A stretch of DNA of 64,000 nucleotides from Minisyncoccia bacterium (lineage in GTDB: Bacteria > Patescibacteriota > Minisyncoccia > 2-02-FULL-40-12 > IGHO2-01-FULL-4-A). The translations under genes were made by a program, and so were the position numbers. The notes beneath the pieces were generated by a model that saw only the letters and a program-made list of their open reading frames with translations, did not search any database and had not been told where the DNA came from. The DNA lies in assembly GCA_041499075.1 (NCBI GenBank), contig JBGQJN010000001.1, positions 10,388 to 74,387 of the forward strand, in the 5' to 3' direction. The stretch's first letter is position 1; every line of letters starts with the position of its first letter. Below are positions 38,801 to 47,963 of the stretch, one piece after another.

Positions 38801-39457
38801 ATTGACGGTAAAATTACCAGTCTAGAAGAGAAAGGCGGCCAATTCATCGTCAAAATGATTTCTGATATCGGTGAAGAGCGAGAATATTTAACAATGCCGG
38901 GCAGCCAACCGACGGTGGCGGCTGGAGATCTAATAACCGCCGGCCAACAGCTCTCCGATGGTCACGTTGACCTGAAAGAGTTGTTTCAAACCACTGCCAG
39001 CATTGAAGTTGTAGCTAGATATGTTATCCGTGAAGTACAAAGCATTTATCTGGCGACCGGTGAAGGCGTCAATGATAAACATGTTGAATTGATAGTCAGA
39101 CAGATGTTCTCGCGCGTGAAAATTACAGAAGCGGGTGACACAGATCTATTGCCCGGTGATGTCGTGGAAAAACGCACTCTGCTTGAAGCCAATATCGCAG
39201 CTAAACAAAACCAGCAAGGCGGTGGCAAACCGGCTCAATTCCAGCAGTTACTTTTGGGCATAACTAAAGTTTCTCTCTCAACCGAAAGCTATCTCTCTGC
39301 CGCATCCTTCCAAGAAACTGCCAGAGTCTTGATTGACGCGGCAATTTCAGGCAAAGAGGATCCTCTGCGCGGACTTAAAGAAAATGTCATCATTGGCCGG
39401 CTCATTCCTGCCGGTACTGGGTATGGGCAGGTTAGCCAGCCGGTTACAGAAGAGTAG
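35846..39457 (+). CDS. rpoC: DNA-directed RNA polymerase beta' subunit
   Basis: Zinc-finger [23 protein letters not shown] and the [14 protein letters not shown] catalytic motif. Confidence 0.95.
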   Translation: [1203 protein letters not shown]

Positions 39458-39523
39458 ACGCTCGCTCAAGTAAAATATAAAAATAAAAAACCCACAATAA
39501 GTGGGCCAATCTATGTACGAAAG

Positions 39524-40003
39524 CTATTCATCTTTTTTAAACTTGATACTCTTAAATATTTTTAAGACTAATTGTCTTTGGCTAGAGCTAAGATCTTGAG
39601 TGCTCGTTATAGACAAAGCAACCCATTGTCGCATTACCAACTTATTTTGTAAGTACATCCCAATTAAACCTTTTTCTGCCCTGGCATTTACAATTTTGGT
39701 TCTGTGACCAATCCTAAACTTGTGCGCAAACTTAGCAATAATATTTCCCCTGTTTACGCGGTAGTCTTTTCCCTCATAATCACTAAGGCTATTAGAATAC
39801 CACCCGTAATCGAAACTTAAAGCTATCATATCTCCTTTAAAGCTACCAATAAAAGAATCTACACCTCTTGCTGGCTGGAATACCCAACCAGAAGGCAAAG
39901 AAATAGTAAACGGACCGACATCCTTAACTTGCCATTTAGATTGGCCTAAGCATTGAGAAGCCAAGAATAAAAAGATCAATACAGGAATAGCTCTTCGTGA
40001 CAT
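39524..40003 (-). CDS. Hypothetical secreted protein (signal peptide)
   Basis: MSRRAIPVLIFLFLASQCLG signal; terminator at 39490-39515. Confidence 0.4.
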   Translation of the reverse strand: MSRRAIPVLIFLFLASQCLGQSKWQVKDVGPFTISLPSGWVFQPARGVDSFIGSFKGDMIALSFDYGWYSNSLSDYEGKDYRVNRGNIIAKFAHKFRIGHRTKIVNARAEKGLIGMYLQNKLVMRQWVALSITSTQDLSSSQRQLVLKIFKSIKFKKDE

Positions 40004-40154
40004 ATTAACTCCTAATTTTAAAGATCGTCTATCAAAGTCTATGCCAAACTTAACCCAAAGTAAATAGATTGATTAGCCTAAAACAAAAACGCCACGGCGG
40101 GGATGGGCCCGCGCGTGGCGTGATTTTTTGGGGGAATTTTCGCTTCAGTGTTTG

Positions 40155-40988
40155 TTAGTCAACACCAAAATCGTACAATTTGCCGCCGGCGCTAGCCATA
40201 TCGCCAACGGCTCTGACGCCGCCGGCCGGGTAGAAAGCGTACTCGCCCGGCTTGAGTGGCTCCTCGAAGATGATCTGGTACTGCTCGCCTGCTTTCTTGG
40301 CAGTGAACTTCACCAGATTCTTCTTCTCAAAGCCGACGCTCTGACCGGTGATGCCCATGGAACCGATGGTCACCTCTCTCTTGTCCGGCTGCCTTTCCAG
40401 ATGCAGCAGAACGTACTCCCTAGGACTAGAATCGTCCCGAGGAATGAAGAGTAACGTCGGTTGTCTGCTGGTCCGAATACGGGCAGCCGGTCCTTGAATT
40501 TCGGCCTTTTCTCGCCCTTTGAGGGCGCCGAAGGTTCCAATCATCTTGCCGGCACTTTTGATGCCGATCTTCTGCCGGCCGAAGGCAGTCGCTTCGATTT
40601 GGTCCAGCTTGCCATCCTGGACTAGATAGAAGCCTGGTTTGGTCGGCTGGCCGGTGATGGCCGTTGCCGCCGGCATGTCCCTTGTGACCGGCGAGATCTT
40701 TACGGTTGGCATCGGTGCCGGTGATGTAGCCAGAAGCGCCAGGATGACCTCCTCCTTGCAGGAGGCTCCCTTAAGGGTCATCACCTGGCCACTACTGACC
40801 GGTGCCTGCGGCGGCCGTTGTTTTATGAACGCCAGAATGATACTGTCCGACGTTCTGCCAATACAGAGCTGGGCGATACCATCAACAACGGGGTCGGCCG
40901 TGGTGGTCTCGGCTCCGGCGGTCATCGTAACCGCCAGGAGGATTGTAACCAAGCAAAACATCTTGATCTTCATGCTATTTTCCTCCAA
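40155..40988 (-). CDS. Hypothetical secreted protein (277 aa), GC-rich relative to neighbourhood
   Basis: Signal peptide MKIKMFCLVTILLAVTMTAGA; ~58% GC; strong terminator at 40098-40128. Confidence 0.45.
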   Translation of the reverse strand: MEENSMKIKMFCLVTILLAVTMTAGAETTTADPVVDGIAQLCIGRTSDSIILAFIKQRPPQAPVSSGQVMTLKGASCKEEVILALLATSPAPMPTVKISPVTRDMPAATAITGQPTKPGFYLVQDGKLDQIEATAFGRQKIGIKSAGKMIGTFGALKGREKAEIQGPAARIRTSRQPTLLFIPRDDSSPREYVLLHLERQPDKREVTIGSMGITGQSVGFEKKNLVKFTAKKAGEQYQIIFEEPLKPGEYAFYPAGGVRAVGDMASAGGKLYDFGVD

Positions 40989-41125
40989 GCGGTTGTGAGA
41001 TACCGCAAAACTTAAGTTAACGAACTACCTTATAATAATAGCATACTTTAGCAAAAGTAGCAAGTACCACATCAAAAAACCTTGTAAAACAAGGTTTTTT
41101 GATGAATAAAATCAACGAATTGCAT

Positions 41126-41461
41126 TCAGCTCTTCTTAACCCTACGTTGAGTATCGCGAATCTTAGATTTGAACTTTTTGATCTGGCGCTCTATCTCATC
41201 GCGCACGGAATCTATGGCTGTATGCAAATCAATATTCTCATTGACGCCACGCAAGAGCTTGCTGCCTATCTTAAGGTTAATTTCTGCATAATAGACAAGA
41301 CCCTTCTTGTGATGCTTAGACAGCTTACCGACTTCAACTCTAGTTTCGCTTAACCGATCATCCTTATTTAGAAATTTGGAGATCATAGCCATCTTTTCTT
41401 CAATAAAAGCTTGAATAGATGGAGTCAGATCTATATTTTTGGCATGAATCATCAATTTCAT
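41126..41461 (-). CDS. hpf: Ribosome hibernation promoting factor / RaiA family
   Basis: MKLMIHAKNIDLTPSIQAFIEEKM...GLVYYAEINLKI. Confidence 0.8.
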   Translation of the reverse strand: MKLMIHAKNIDLTPSIQAFIEEKMAMISKFLNKDDRLSETRVEVGKLSKHHKKGLVYYAEINLKIGSKLLRGVNENIDLHTAIDSVRDEIERQIKKFKSKIRDTQRRVKKS

Positions 41462-41963
41462 CCCGCTAATCTTAGCACACTAGAGAATAATTGAAAACCC
41501 TCCGCCATAAGCGGAGGGTTTTCTGGTCGCGCCAGCTGGCGCGAGGAAGAGACTATATTTGCAAGCGAGTCTACAAGTAAAGAATTTATTTGAGACGAGC
41601 GAAGCAAATACATGCCTGTCGCATTGCGACAGTGCCTATATTCTCTTCTTTTTCTTTGCTTTTTTTCTTGGCATAGTCTAAGTATACGAGACGATGAGAC
41701 AAAATCTTAAATCAAATTTTTGATATTTGATTTTTGATATTTGATTCGATCATCTCGCCCTCCTAATATGACAGTCGACCAAACTGCCAACGTAAACTAA
41801 AAGCTAAAAACGAAAAGTAGAAAATTTTTAATGAATCTCTACTAACGCTTACCTCTTAATTATACTGCAAAAAAATAATAATAAAACAAAAAAGTTGATA
41901 ACTTTTAGGAATAAAAAGGAGCCATAATTTTTTCAACATCATGTAAAAAAATTTCTGGCTCCT

Positions 41964-42413
41964 TTAGATGTCTAATCTGACAAATTCGCCTATTTTAATA
42001 TTCTCACCGAGCTTGGCAACAGATTGGTTGATGAGTTCCTTAATGGTAACATCTTGATCTTTGATGAAAGGCTGGACCAGGAGTTCTTTGGTATTTTCCG
42101 GAGCCATCGCGGCCACATGCATGGCAAGATTATGGGCCAGTTCTACAAACAACGGGTTGCGGGCTACGAAATCGGTCTCACAAAGCAGTTCTACCATGGC
42201 ACCAACCTTTTTGGTGGCATGGATGTAGGATTCTATTATCCCTTCACCGGTAGTACGGGCGGATTTTTTTTCGGCAATCGTCGCACCGTGAGCTTTCAAC
42301 ACATTAATCGCTCTGGCTTTATCACCGCCGGCCTCTTCCAGTGCACGCTTGATTTGCGCAAAAGAAAAACCTGTCGTATCACGAAGCTCCTTGATTATTT
42401 CAATGTCAGGCAT
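41964..42413 (-). CDS. tsf: Elongation factor Ts (short form)
   Basis: UBA-like N-terminus [30 protein letters not shown]; 149 aa. Confidence 0.85.
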   Translation of the reverse strand: MPDIEIIKELRDTTGFSFAQIKRALEEAGGDKARAINVLKAHGATIAEKKSARTTGEGIIESYIHATKKVGAMVELLCETDFVARNPLFVELAHNLAMHVAAMAPENTKELLVQPFIKDQDVTIKELINQSVAKLGENIKIGEFVRLDI

Positions 42414-42417
42414 AATG

Positions 42418-43200
42418 TTATTGACTGGCGACTGGTGACCCGATTGCTTTTTTGATGGTTTCCAATATCAGCTCCACTGATTTTTTAGAATTATCGTTGG
42501 CCATAATCGGGTAATCAATTTGCTTGGGATCGCTATCAGTGTTTACTATGCCGACTATCTTAATCCCCATTTTCTTAGCCTCATGAACCGGTAACTGGCT
42601 TTCCTTCAAAGAAGAGACAAAGATAATATCCGGCAGGCGCGCCAGCTTGCGGATGCCGTCAAATTTCTTCTTCATGGCCACAATTTCGCGCTCTTTAAGG
42701 ATTCTTTCTTTTTTGGTAAATTTCTCAAAGCCATCTTCGGCTTGTTTTTTTTCAAGATCTTCCAGGTATTTTACTCGCGCCATAATTGTCTTAAAATTAG
42801 TGGCTGTACCACCAAGCCAGCGTTCTATGACATACGGCATATTAAGGGCTTCGGCTGTGGCTTTGACGGCTTCAGCCGATTGTTTAGTCAAACCGACAAA
42901 TAAAATCAGCTTGCCTTCAGCCAGCGCCGACTTCAAAAAATTAGCCGCTTTTATCAAACTGCCGGTTGTTTTGATCAAATCAAGGATGTAGATATTATCC
43001 TTGAGAGTATAGACGTAGGGCTTCATATTTGGATGAAAAACGGTCTTCTTACGACCAAAATGCATCCCCGATTTGACCATGTCTTCATAGGCCGGCAATA
43101 AGTTTTGGATGTTTGTTTCTGGCATATTAGTCAGAATGGTAGCAAGAAAAGTTAAATTATGCAAATTTTTGAGCTTGGCGCGTACACTCTCTATCACCAT
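42418..43200 (-). CDS. rpsB: Ribosomal protein S2
   Basis: Sequence and tsf adjacency. Confidence 0.9.
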   Translation of the reverse strand: MVIESVRAKLKNLHNLTFLATILTNMPETNIQNLLPAYEDMVKSGMHFGRKKTVFHPNMKPYVYTLKDNIYILDLIKTTGSLIKAANFLKSALAEGKLILFVGLTKQSAEAVKATAEALNMPYVIERWLGGTATNFKTIMARVKYLEDLEKKQAEDGFEKFTKKERILKEREIVAMKKKFDGIRKLARLPDIIFVSSLKESQLPVHEAKKMGIKIVGIVNTDSDPKQIDYPIMANDNSKKSVELILETIKKAIGSPVASQ

Positions 43201-43403
43201 TTGTCCGCTCAGCGAGCGGACTGCATTCCGTTGAAAGCGTGGATTTTACTCGCAGTGGCGAATTATACTGCTCACAAACCATGCAATCCACTCTTTCAAC
43301 GGTGCTATAGAGCATGTGCGCCAGACTCAAAAATTTATCCAAAAATTACAAACCGGAGCCGATAGCAATCGGCGATACCTGGCAATCAGATAGTTATTAA
43401 GTA

Positions 43404-43486
43404 AAGGATGTTTTAGTAGGCGGAGGCGCGTGCGTTTTGCGCCTGTCCCGAAGGGCCAGCAAAACACGCGCGCGTAGCCGTACTAA
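43404..43486 (-). repeat. Intergenic repeat family 3 (~85 nt GC-rich hairpin element), copy 1
   Basis: Reverse complement is nearly identical to 58386-58469. Core gcgcgtgcgttttgc-gcctgtcccgaagggccagc-gcaaaacacgcgcgc. Confidence 0.6.
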
Positions 43487-43532
43487 ATACTTTTTTGCTA
43501 AGTGGGTTTGTAATTTTTGAGGAAACTGGCAA

Positions 43533-44102
43533 TTATTTTAAGACATACAAATACACCAAATGGCGCCCTATTTTTTGAGATTTAAGCAGTTGGAATTCCG
43601 GGTGAGAAGTAAGATCAATCGGAAAACTGGGACAGAGGATTTTAATGCCTGGCCTGACTTCACACGCAATCTTAGAAGCAAGCTGGTTAATTAACTTGGG
43701 AAAAAGATACATATAGATAAAGGTTGCCTCCGACAAATCGGCAGACAGGAAATCTCGTCTCTTGATATTAAGCTTTGCCCTATCGGCGGCAGAGGTATTG
43801 AGAGCTAATGCAAATTTAGATTCCAGGTACGGCCAGAAAGATACCTCACAGCCAACGGCTTTTTTGACGCCGAAATTTTTAACTGCCGATATCAGCACTC
43901 GCCCGTCACCAGAGCCGAGATCGTAAAAAATATCCTTGCCGGATAAGCCACCAAATGATAATAACTCCCCCACTAGTTTGCTCGCTATCGGAACATAAGG
44001 CGCACCGTGAATGCTTGAAACTACACCCGACAGTAAAAATACACTAAAAACTAACACTACGGCCAACATCAAAAATAAAATAAAAACAAGAAGCAGAATC
44101 AT
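43533..44102 (-). CDS. Membrane-anchored class I SAM-dependent methyltransferase-like protein
   Basis: N-terminal TM helix, then YDLGSGDGRVLI (motif I). Confidence 0.5.
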   Translation of the reverse strand: MILLLVFILFLMLAVVLVFSVFLLSGVVSSIHGAPYVPIASKLVGELLSFGGLSGKDIFYDLGSGDGRVLISAVKNFGVKKAVGCEVSFWPYLESKFALALNTSAADRAKLNIKRRDFLSADLSEATFIYMYLFPKLINQLASKIACEVRPGIKILCPSFPIDLTSHPEFQLLKSQKIGRHLVYLYVLK

Positions 44103-44172
44103 GAATTAACTTTACAAAATAGCCATGAAAAACACAAAACCCCGCTAAGGGGTTCGTGTTTTTTAATAATAT

Positions 44173-44550
44173 CTAGAATGCGCCACCGCTCAAGCTAGAT
44201 ACAACGTAGTTTGCGGTAGCAAGTATCAAACCAACAGCCACCACCACCACTATTCCTATGAAACCATGAAGTATCGTGCCTCTGGCTTCCTCCGCCTTTT
44301 TCGCGTCACCTCGGGCAAGCATGTATTTCAAACCACCATAAACTATGAAAATAACTCCGATCGTGACACCAACTACCATCAAATATGTAGCAGCCTGGTT
44401 GATGATGCCAACAATACCATTTAATGTTACTGCTCCCGTTGTAGAACCAGGATTAGGAATAGGCACCTTTGCTTGTGCTAATGCTAATAACGGTAAGGCA
44501 AACCATGCCAACGGACTTGCCATCTTAATCATTTTTTTAATTTTATTCAT
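44173..44550 (-). CDS. VirB2/TrbC-like pilin (125 aa: signal peptide plus two hydrophobic helices separated by a charged loop)
   Basis: LNGIVGIINQAATYLMVVGVTIGVIFIVYGGLKYMLARGDAKKAEEARGTILHGFIGIVVVVAVGLILA; this architecture is typical of T4SS pilins. Confidence 0.55.
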   Translation of the reverse strand: MNKIKKMIKMASPLAWFALPLLALAQAKVPIPNPGSTTGAVTLNGIVGIINQAATYLMVVGVTIGVIFIVYGGLKYMLARGDAKKAEEARGTILHGFIGIVVVVAVGLILATANYVVSSLSGGAF

Positions 44551-44677
44551 ACGACACCCCCCTTCAGACTAGAATCTAGCGCTAGTTTTTAGTTACTAGT
44601 GCTTATCGCCGGCTGAACTAAAAACTAAACCTAGAACCTAGAAATCTTAATATTAAATTCTTGTTTCTATAGACAAA

Positions 44678-45700
44678 TTAACAAACTAGCGGAATAATGG
44701 AAACACTTGAACCTACCGCGTAAGCAACAGTAGCCATTATAACATACACGCCTATGATTACCAGTAAACCTATCAACACATGGCCAAAATTCTTTGTAGC
44801 GGCGGCAAATGCCGTAGGATTGCCTCTGGCATGCATGAAACGCAAACCGGCAATGACAATGAAAATAACCATTATGCCGTCGGCGGCGGTAAGCAGATAG
44901 CAGGCAAGCTTGGTGATTATCTTAAAAACATCCTGAATGGTCAGGTCAACCCCCGGCAAACCGCTGGTACCCGTAGTAGTCCCCGCTCCCGTCCCCGCTC
45001 CCGTACCCGTACCCGTTCCCGTACCTGTCCCAGTTCCAGTACCTGTCCCAGTTCCAGTACCTGTGCCTGTACCAGTGCCACCACCGGCAGGATTGGTAAC
45101 ACAAGTTGTGCCTGTCCAACTACAAGCTGGATTAAGGTTACATCTATTACCCGTACAATCGTTCGGCACTGGATAGTTAGCACAGCTTGTAATAGTTGAA
45201 CAATTAGGATTGATGGTTGTAGCCCGGGTCTGGATGTTAAATTGCGGTGAGGACCAGGTTTGACCTGGATTGAGACTGGCCAGAGTATCTAAAGCAGCTT
45301 TGGAAGTCCCCTGGCTTGATGCCGAACAATAGAAGAAACCAACGTAACGATTCTGCTGTTGATCAACACCCGAGCTAAAATTATAAGTTATATCTTGACC
45401 GCTGCCAGGAGACAGATACTCATAGTTAATGGCCGATCCGGCAATATAGTGCCTGACGGCATTAAAGAGTGAACCGGAATTGCAGGTAGGAGGTGAGCCA
45501 TTCGATTGTTGAAATACAGAAAAACTTAAATTAACAGTTTGAGCCGGGTCAACACCGGTCGCTCCAGTGGCAAGATCATCGCTTTCGTTGACACAAATAC
45601 CGTTATTACAACTTTGAGCGGTGTTGGTAGCAGAAACATTGTTTCCAATTAAAAACGTTGCAATGATTATTAGAAGCAATATTTTGTAGAAATTTTTCAT
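44678..45700 (-). CDS. Secreted Cys-rich protein with (Gly-Thr)n linker and C-terminal VirB2/TrbC-like two-helix module
   Basis: Signal peptide; many Cys; GTGTGTGTGTGTGTGTGTGTGTGTGAGTGAGTTTGT linker; C-terminus IMVIFIVIAGLRFMHARGNPTAFAAATKNFGHVLIGLLVIIGVYVI. Confidence 0.55.
   Translation of the reverse strand: MKNFYKILLLIIIATFLIGNNVSATNTAQSCNNGICVNESDDLATGATGVDPAQTVNLSFSVFQQSNGSPPTCNSGSLFNAVRHYIAGSAINYEYLSPGSGQDITYNFSSGVDQQQNRYVGFFYCSASSQGTSKAALDTLASLNPGQTWSSPQFNIQTRATTINPNCSTITSCANYPVPNDCTGNRCNLNPACSWTGTTCVTNPAGGGTGTGTGTGTGTGTGTGTGTGTGTGTGAGTGAGTTTGTSGLPGVDLTIQDVFKIITKLACYLLTAADGIMVIFIVIAGLRFMHARGNPTAFAAATKNFGHVLIGLLVIIGVYVIMATVAYAVGSSVSIIPLVC
44950..45075 (-). repeat. Imperfect hexanucleotide (GGNACN)n coding repeat encoding Gly-Thr linker, including an 18-nt perfect tandem duplication
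   Basis: Plus strand ccccgctcccgtccccgctcccgtacccgtacccgttcccgtacctgtcccagttccagtacctgtcccagttccagtacctgtgcc. Confidence 0.8.
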
Positions 45701-45704
45701 TGAA

Positions 45705-46835
45705 TTACGGGCCTTTTAAGCTCAGTATACTTTGGATTAAGCTGACAAATCCTTTGCCAATCAATACAATTGCCAGACCGATGACGGCATAGGTCAAAGC
45801 TTTTTTGCCCAACTCATAACGTTTAGGGCTACCGCCGGAAGTTAGCAATAAAATACCGGCATAAATTATTACAATCACCGCAAGCGGTATTGAAAGATTA
45901 AAAATCCAGGTACCAATGATGTTGACTAGATCTTGAAAGGTACTGATACCGATGGGGTTTTGTAAAGTAAAGGTTTGGTTGCCACCGCCAGTTGTGCCAC
46001 CGCCAGTTGTGCCACCGCCACCACCACCACCAGCAGCAGCACAGCCTGTACAATTATCGGTGCCCGCTCCCGGCACCACAACACAAACATTACTTTGACA
46101 TTCCTTGTGGCTTTGCGTCGACACCTCTTTTCCGCATAAAGTGCTGTCGCTTAGTTTCGCACATTGTGTCCTATCCGTGCAACCAGTCGTATTGACACAG
46201 GTACTGTCGTTTTTGGAATCACAAATATAAACAGTTTTCCCAACGGCATCGGGTCCGGTACACGCGAAGATGTTGTATGTGCCCGATGTTAGTTTTATAG
46301 AATACTGGCCGCTCGAGGTAAGAATTGTACAATTGTTTGTAAAAAAGCCGCCGGTTTTGCAAACCACAACATAGGCTTTTACTGGCATGCTATCCCCGGC
46401 TGTAAAACCTCCTATATTGGAATCTATAAGATCAGATGGTGTAACCGTAACAGAACTGCCATAAGGCGTCGGCTTATTCTGCGTCATATTTATAGTATTG
46501 GTTGCATACCTATTTCCTAGACCGTTTTTTGCTTGGGGCGGTGCATCGCTTAAATCAAGTGAATAGGCTTGGTAAAAATCATAGTAAACATAAAACTTAT
46601 TAGAACAAATGGTACCGTCAACGCTACAATAGCCATCGCATGTTCCACCGTTAACAAAGCCGCCCATAGTCACTTGGCTTGTGATCGTAAGCGGTCGGTT
46701 AAAAGACAAATTGCCCGAAGGAAGATTTACTTGAATATTTGCCGTACAATTAGCACTTGCAATTTTTACCGGAATCAAAACAAACAAAAAACCCGCGATT
46801 AATGTAACGATTAAAATTTTATAAGTATTCCGCAT
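45705..46835 (-). CDS. Secreted Cys-rich protein with Gly-rich linker and C-terminal VirB2/TrbC-like two-helix module
   Basis: Signal peptide; AAAGGGGGGGTTGGGTTGGG linker; C-terminus LAVIVIIYAGILLLTSGGSPKRYELGKKALTYAVIGLAIVLIG. Confidence 0.55.
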   Translation of the reverse strand: MRNTYKILIVTLIAGFLFVLIPVKIASANCTANIQVNLPSGNLSFNRPLTITSQVTMGGFVNGGTCDGYCSVDGTICSNKFYVYYDFYQAYSLDLSDAPPQAKNGLGNRYATNTINMTQNKPTPYGSSVTVTPSDLIDSNIGGFTAGDSMPVKAYVVVCKTGGFFTNNCTILTSSGQYSIKLTSGTYNIFACTGPDAVGKTVYICDSKNDSTCVNTTGCTDRTQCAKLSDSTLCGKEVSTQSHKECQSNVCVVVPGAGTDNCTGCAAAGGGGGGGTTGGGTTGGGNQTFTLQNPIGISTFQDLVNIIGTWIFNLSIPLAVIVIIYAGILLLTSGGSPKRYELGKKALTYAVIGLAIVLIGKGFVSLIQSILSLKGP

Positions 46836-46884
46836 ATTTAATTTGATTGGATTTCTTTTATCAAGGGCTCTAAAATGTCAAACG

Positions 46885-47227
46885 TTAGTTGGTTAGCAGG
46901 TCTTGCGCAAGGCGATCAATCTTTTCCGGGATCAGTTGAATTATTAAATCAATATCGGCTGTAAACCGCGGCCTACCCCAAATCGCAAGGGCAAAACTTC
47001 CGGTAATAACGTAGGAAATTCTTAAATTATCAAGGATTGCGGCTATTATTGTCAGTAAGTTTTCTTGCTCCATAATTAAAATATGCCGGGTTAAGCTTGC
47101 GGGCCAACTTAAAGAAATTGCTGACTATTTTTACTTTTTGTTCGGCCGACATTTTTTGAAAAACCTCGTCCTGAATATCTTGAGCGGTTTTTATTTTGGC
47201 CGTTTGAGCTGATGACATATTGGGCAT
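46885..47227 (-). pseudogene. Possible remnant of a small two-gene module: 65-aa ORF plus truncated minimal nucleotidyltransferase (MNT)-like ORF (GSFALAIWGRPRFTADIDL)
   Basis: Two overlapping short ORFs; the second has the GS...DxD nucleotidyltransferase motif but only 62 aa. Confidence 0.3.
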
Positions 47228-47274
47228 TGTACTTGCTATTAATTCCCTTATGATATTTTACTACCTAAAACGAA

Positions 47275-47958
47275 TTACGGCAATTTAATCTGTGGAGGAA
47301 GAGGCGGCAATGGGTTGCTAGGTCCGATATTTTTCTTGGTAACCGAACGTCTGACCAGCCAAATGACAATCACGATGGCAATTCCGCCCAACAAGTAAAG
47401 TATCGCCCCCAGCCAATTACTGCCGCTCTTGGCCGCCAGTTGCGGTGTAACGGAAGTACTCGGCGGCGGTTTCAAATGGCAATCAGTCGGACAGTTGTCG
47501 GAATTCTCACCGACATCCGAGTTACAAATATTATCATCATTGCAAAATGAGCTCGCTGAAACGCTCAAAGTCAAAAGTAATTGATTGTTGCTGTCATAAA
47601 AATTGACATTGTCACCATCAGCAAAATATGGTCCCTTTACCGAAAATCTGCCCTTAACAATACTCGTATCAAATTGAAAAGTAGCCAGTATTTTATTTTG
47701 GAAATTAACTATTTCTCCGTGATAAGGGTTGGCTGTTTTTAAAACTGGCACTAAATAGGGTTCGGCGACAATGTCGTATTGAAACTTAACATCCCGATCG
47801 GCGACTAGCTGATTATTAGAAAAGTAAAGATGAAAAAGATATGTAAAACCACTATCACTTGCAGTTTTGGTATCAGCGCTAGTTTTGTACGCGTAGAACC
47901 CGGCTACTGAAACTAGCCCTATGAATAAAAATACAAATATTTTTTTAATCTTAAGCAT
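47275..47958 (-). CDS. Secreted, C-terminally membrane-anchored hypothetical protein (227 aa, Cys-rich stalk, Pro-rich tail)
   Basis: Signal peptide, C-terminal TM segment LGAILYLLGGIAIVIVIWLV. Confidence 0.45.
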   Translation of the reverse strand: MLKIKKIFVFLFIGLVSVAGFYAYKTSADTKTASDSGFTYLFHLYFSNNQLVADRDVKFQYDIVAEPYLVPVLKTANPYHGEIVNFQNKILATFQFDTSIVKGRFSVKGPYFADGDNVNFYDSNNQLLLTLSVSASSFCNDDNICNSDVGENSDNCPTDCHLKPPPSTSVTPQLAAKSGSNWLGAILYLLGGIAIVIVIWLVRRSVTKKNIGPSNPLPPLPPQIKLP

Positions 47959-47963
47959 ATTAA

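Noticed and set aside
32706-39228. Many 60-160-aa ORFs antisense or out of frame within rpoB/rpoC, tuf, gyrA, ftsK and ribosomal genes
   Set aside because: They are shadow ORFs fully embedded in strongly supported conserved genes. No independent signals.
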